DNA from: Schmidtea polychroa
Lineage: Eukaryota
DNA length: 64,000 bases
Reading direction: 5' to 3'
Assembly: GCA_044892525.1 (NCBI GenBank)
Contig: CM097885.1
Coordinates: forward strand, 45,324,001 to 45,388,000
The position numbers were made by a program, and so were the translations under genes. Position 1 is the first letter of the stretch, and each line of letters begins with the position of its first letter. Positions 59,223 through 64,000 of the stretch are shown piece after piece. Under the pieces are notes generated by a model that worked only from the letters and a program-made list of their open reading frames with translations, did not search any database and had not been told where the DNA came from.

Positions 59223-59360
59223 GTGCTAAAATTGTATATAGAGAGTAATTTTCATAAATGTATGTTTGAACCGGAATTTTTTCCGGCACTAAGACTATTA
59301 AAATATAACCCTATATGTGTTAATATGTTTGCTAGTGGAAAGGTTGTCATGCTTGGGTTG
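59223..59360 (+). pseudogene. TATA-binding-protein-like repeat fragment
   Basis: FEPEFFPALRLLKYNPICVNMFASGKVVMLG aligns by eye to the TBP repeat YEPELFPGLIYRM..P.IVLLIFVSGKVVLTG. Confidence 0.7.
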
Positions 59361-59480
59361 AATATAATGTTCGGAATGAGATATTTTAATTGGTTAATGA
59401 TTGTTTTAAACAAACTGTTTTTTGTTTATATGTCATTATTTTTAACATTTAACATTTTAATAATCTTTATTTTCAGATAA

Positions 59481-59789
59481 ATATTCCTTAGTGATGCTAA
59501 GTCGCCTGAAGTATTTTTTTACACTCAACTAAACGAAATTCTCAAGGACAGGGAACCTGAGATTATACCAGATCTCATATACAATGCAACCCATATCAGG
59601 ATATTCGAATTGTTCCATCAATTCCTGTGGCATGTTAAGATTGATAGACGGCAGAAAGACATGGAAGCTGAATACCCATGCATCACCGGATGCACTTGCT
59701 GTGCCGATCGTTATCGGCGATATGTCGAGGGGGAATTAGTGAAAACTCTCAGAAGATTTCAGTATTCTCGAGTTGTAGATCTCGGTTGA
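59481..59789 (+). CDS. 102-codon open frame without ATG (Cys cluster CITGCTCC), unknown product
   Basis: GC-richer stop-free frame IFLSDAKSPEVFF...RVVDLG* just after acceptor-like TTTATTTTCAG (59476); missing from the ORF track. Confidence 0.5.
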   Translation: MFLSDAKSPEVFFYTQLNEILKDREPEIIPDLIYNATHIRIFELFHQFLWHVKIDRRQKDMEAEYPCITGCTCCADRYRRYVEGELVKTLRRFQYSRVVDLG

Positions 59790-60017
59790 TTGTATAAGTA
59801 AATGTTTTTATTGTTTTTCTTTTATATACGAGACTTCAAATAATAATAGTAATAATAATAGTAAAATTATATATATAATAATAAAACATGTGACAAGTGC
59901 AACATCAATGCATTTTGAATGCAATTTAAACAAAGACGTGCTATAATCTGATTGGTTGATAGGCACGAGTCGAAGGTATAAAAACCCTGTACCATTTCAT
60001 TTTAATCATTATTCACG

Positions 60018-60395
60018 ATGACCAAGAAAATTTCAAGCACCGAAAAACCAAAAGAAGAACTTGTACAACCTGTTCAGATGTTGCACAACTACAAAATGTA
60101 TTTTTTAAAAGAAAAAATCAATATGAAATTGGTTGCACCAATCAAGCTAATTCCAACTCAATTTCAATTCATATCCGGCACGCTTTCAATGATCGATGTT
60201 AAAACTATTGATGATGTTTTCAAACGGTTAAATTCAAATCTAGCATGTAATCAACATGCATTGTTCAACAACAGATATGCAAGATTTTATGATTTTTGTG
60301 ATGAAATCAGTTTCAAAGAAAACGAAAATTGGTATATAACAATTGCAATCCAGGGATATAAAGTTGATAATAATGATGTGTATTCTTCAATTTAA
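60018..60395 (+). CDS. Hypothetical 125-aa viral-type protein
   Basis: CCAAT box 59947, TATAAAA 59977, ATG 60018, AATAAA 60451. Confidence 0.6.
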   Translation: MTKKISSTEKPKEELVQPVQMLHNYKMYFLKEKINMKLVAPIKLIPTQFQFISGTLSMIDVKTIDDVFKRLNSNLACNQHALFNNRYARFYDFCDEISFKENENWYITIAIQGYKVDNNDVYSSI

Positions 60396-60580
60396 AAAAT
60401 TATGTCTGCTAGACTTTCACAACTATTTTAATGTTGTATTTAATGTATTTAATAAATATATTAGTCATATTTGTTTTTCTCTTTATTAACAAAGAAATTA
60501 CAACATTAATGCAAAAGACATGCAAATTTAACAAAGACAATCTATAAACAAACTTACAATATAGTTTTAAAGTGATAAAA

Positions 60581-60948
60581 ATGACTGTAGAAAAAGGTTA
60601 ACATGATTAATTAATTACCGAATTATTTATTATTTAGAATTTGTAATAAACTTTTTGTTGGAAAAATTATCAGAAATATCTGGGGTAAAAATGGTGGATT
60701 TATTATCTGTTACAAATGCATTAAATATAGGCTGGGTAGTTGGGAGTCAAGATTCAGAATTTGATGATCATGAGGTCACTCAAGAAACCGATGACACCCG
60801 AGAAATTGATGAGGAAATCTATGAACCTATAAATGAATCTAAAGATACGGAAAATATTACGAATGATAAAGATTGCAACTATTGTGTAGATCATGTCGTC
60901 GAAAATGTTATGAAATGTGGAGATGACGATTGCGAATGTGTCAATTAA
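60581..60948 (+). CDS. Small spliced acidic, Cys-tailed protein (exons 60581-60596 and 60638-60948)
   Basis: TATAAA 60543; ATGACTGTAGAAAAAG|GT..41 nt..TTTAG| gives in-frame MTVEKEFVINFLLEKL; C-terminal CNYC..C..CEC. Confidence 0.6.
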
Positions 60949-61005
60949 TAAATTTTAAAATTTATTTATTTCTTTTAAAGTTAAAAATAAAACAACATAA
61001 CTACA

Positions 61006-61495
61006 TTAATTTTTATTTAAAAACCGATAAATAATATACAAGATAGCAACACATGTTGCAAGTTTAATGTAGTTTTTAAACTTTCTTTTATGCAGATCGA
61101 TTTCCTTGGCATTTCGGACAAGTTATTTTAATGTTCCCCATCCACCATTGGACTTGATTATCAAAAAATGAATATTATTAATATATAGATTATAAAAGAA
61201 AACTTATTTCTTGAGACCACAGATAGTAATGTGCTGATAGTAATGATAATTTTCATATAAGTGAAACCTACAATTATTCGGGTCCACTTCATTTCTTCAT
61301 CGCATAGGCAATCGAAGATTCTGTTAAAATAAAATTTCTTTGTTTCAAGCATTCCATATTCAGCATGTCCTGGTAATCAATATGGTTTTCTTCAATAATT
61401 TTTTCGGTCCGATTGATTAGAAAGCCGAGGCTTTCCATAATGTTTTTGTTGACTCCCTCATTTAACAGGTTTTCGATGAAATCTATTTGCGACAT
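61006..61495 (-). pseudogene. Bcl-2-family protein (viral Bcl-2-like), frameshifted
   Basis: BH1-like FNRIFDCLCDEEMKWTRIIVGFTY; BH2-like YINNIHFLIIKSNGGWGTL; C-terminal TM LATCVAILYIIYRF; ~160 aa over three frame segments. Confidence 0.75.
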
Positions 61496-61611
61496 TTCTA
61501 CAGTAATTTAAAAAAAAATGTTTTATTTATACTTCGGAATTGTGTGTCATATGATTCTGATTGGTTGATAGACTATAAATGTAAAATATATGAGTTTTAA
61601 TTTGATACAAC

Positions 61612-62115
61612 ATGAATACAATATTTCTATTGCTAATTAGTATAATGAGCGTGTTCTCACACAATACAACAATAACGATGGAGTCTTCAAATAAATCAAT
61701 ATATGTTTGTCCAAATATCGCCAAGTTGATGGATATTTTATATATTATTGACAAACCAAAATGGGCAAAGCATCCAGGAAAAAGAATATCCGAAAGATTG
61801 AAGAATTTAGAAAACAGCTATGAACTATCATTTGAATATATACAAAATATAAAATTTAAATTACTTGATCATATCGATGATTTCAATAAATCAATTGTTG
61901 AAAATAAAAAGGATATGAAAATTATTGATAAGAAACATGTTCATTTGTTACGAAAGATTGAATTATTGATAAGCGAAATTCAAACAATCAAAGGATCGAT
62001 AGAATATCAGAAAAACAATTCAACGTTACAAATTTCAAACAATATTGCTGCAAATATGAATACATCAATATTTAGATTACCCTTGTTAATTTTAAATTAT
62101 TTTATTGTTTATTAA
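61612..62115 (+). CDS. 167-aa signal peptide, coiled coil, hydrophobic C-terminus (GPI-type) protein
   Basis: MNTIFLLLISIMSVFS signal; heptad-like core; several N-x-S/T sites; tail IFRLPLLILNYFIVY; CCAAT 61556 and TATAAA 61574. Confidence 0.65.
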   Translation: MNTIFLLLISIMSVFSHNTTITMESSNKSIYVCPNIAKLMDILYIIDKPKWAKHPGKRISERLKNLENSYELSFEYIQNIKFKLLDHIDDFNKSIVENKKDMKIIDKKHVHLLRKIELLISEIQTIKGSIEYQKNNSTLQISNNIAANMNTSIFRLPLLILNYFIVY

Positions 62116-62441
62116 ATGTATTGATTTGTTTCACTGTCTTAATACTTTTTTATGTAGACTCTAAAATGGTCACTTCTACATGCTGATATATGCATAAACC
62201 CTTGACTACATTTCTGACCTTATGAATATAATTTATTATATTGCAATTTATAAAATTTTTTTTCGGTATAAAATTGGCGATTTTCGACAACACGAAAAAA
62301 TTGTTTAAAAAAATAAAATATAATTACAATGTCCAAGATGCCTGAACATACAAGGCATTTACAGGCACTGACGATGTATATTTGAAAAATGTCAAAGATT
62401 TATTAATAAATAAATGTTGAAATATGGTTGCGGAATACGCT

Positions 62442-64000
<1,559 letters not shown>

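Larger units (their letters stand above)
55154..62441. mobile_element. Decayed Polinton/Maverick (adintovirus-like) endogenous viral element, interrupted by an hAT
   Basis: Begins AGTAGT followed by 14-bp tandem repeats; A32-like ATPase; abutting small ORFs with TATA boxes and AATAAA signals. pPolB, integrase and capsid not recognised in this window; boundaries approximate. Confidence 0.7.

Noticed and set aside
59190..59230. YLFIFDDLMK Walker-B-like peptide suggesting a second ATPase
   Set aside because: Isolated ~10 codons with no Walker A; may be chance in AT-rich DNA.
62325..62400. CPRCLN..H..C..C frame resembling a DM (doublesex) zinc module
   Set aside because: Lacks NHG and correct spacing, contains stops, too short to support.

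Overview
AT-rich eukaryotic genomic DNA, most consistent with a planarian/flatworm (41-52 nt mini-introns, long (TA)n/(TAA)n tracts, flatworm-type Cys-rich cadherin EC1); the organism is inferred, not proven. The only clear host gene is a 5-exon protocadherin (7 cadherin repeats, one TM helix, C-terminal -SSFV, ~1069 aa, 3681-25343, +). The rest is nested transposons: two LTR-delimited Gypsy elements, a TTAA-flanked piggyBac inside one of them, several hAT relics/MITEs with exact 8-bp TSDs, a pogo/Tigger relic, and an apparently young hAT running off the right edge. Two regions stand out. (1) At 27.8-27.96 kb (minus strand), a highly base-paired ~150-nt RNA module between two (TTA)n tracts contains a canonical minimal type I hammerhead ribozyme and a U1-snRNA-like 5' motif (retrozyme/Penelope-type); a possibly related long palindrome sits at 15.1-15.25 kb. 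(2) At ~55.15-62.44 kb, a decayed Polinton/Maverick(adintovirus)-like endogenous virus has an A32-like packaging ATPase and an accessory cassette: a frameshifted Bcl-2-family gene, a TATA-binding-protein-like fragment, a signal-peptide/coiled-coil/GPI-type ORF and small genes sharing promoter motifs. All calls come from reading the sequence by eye; no searches were run.
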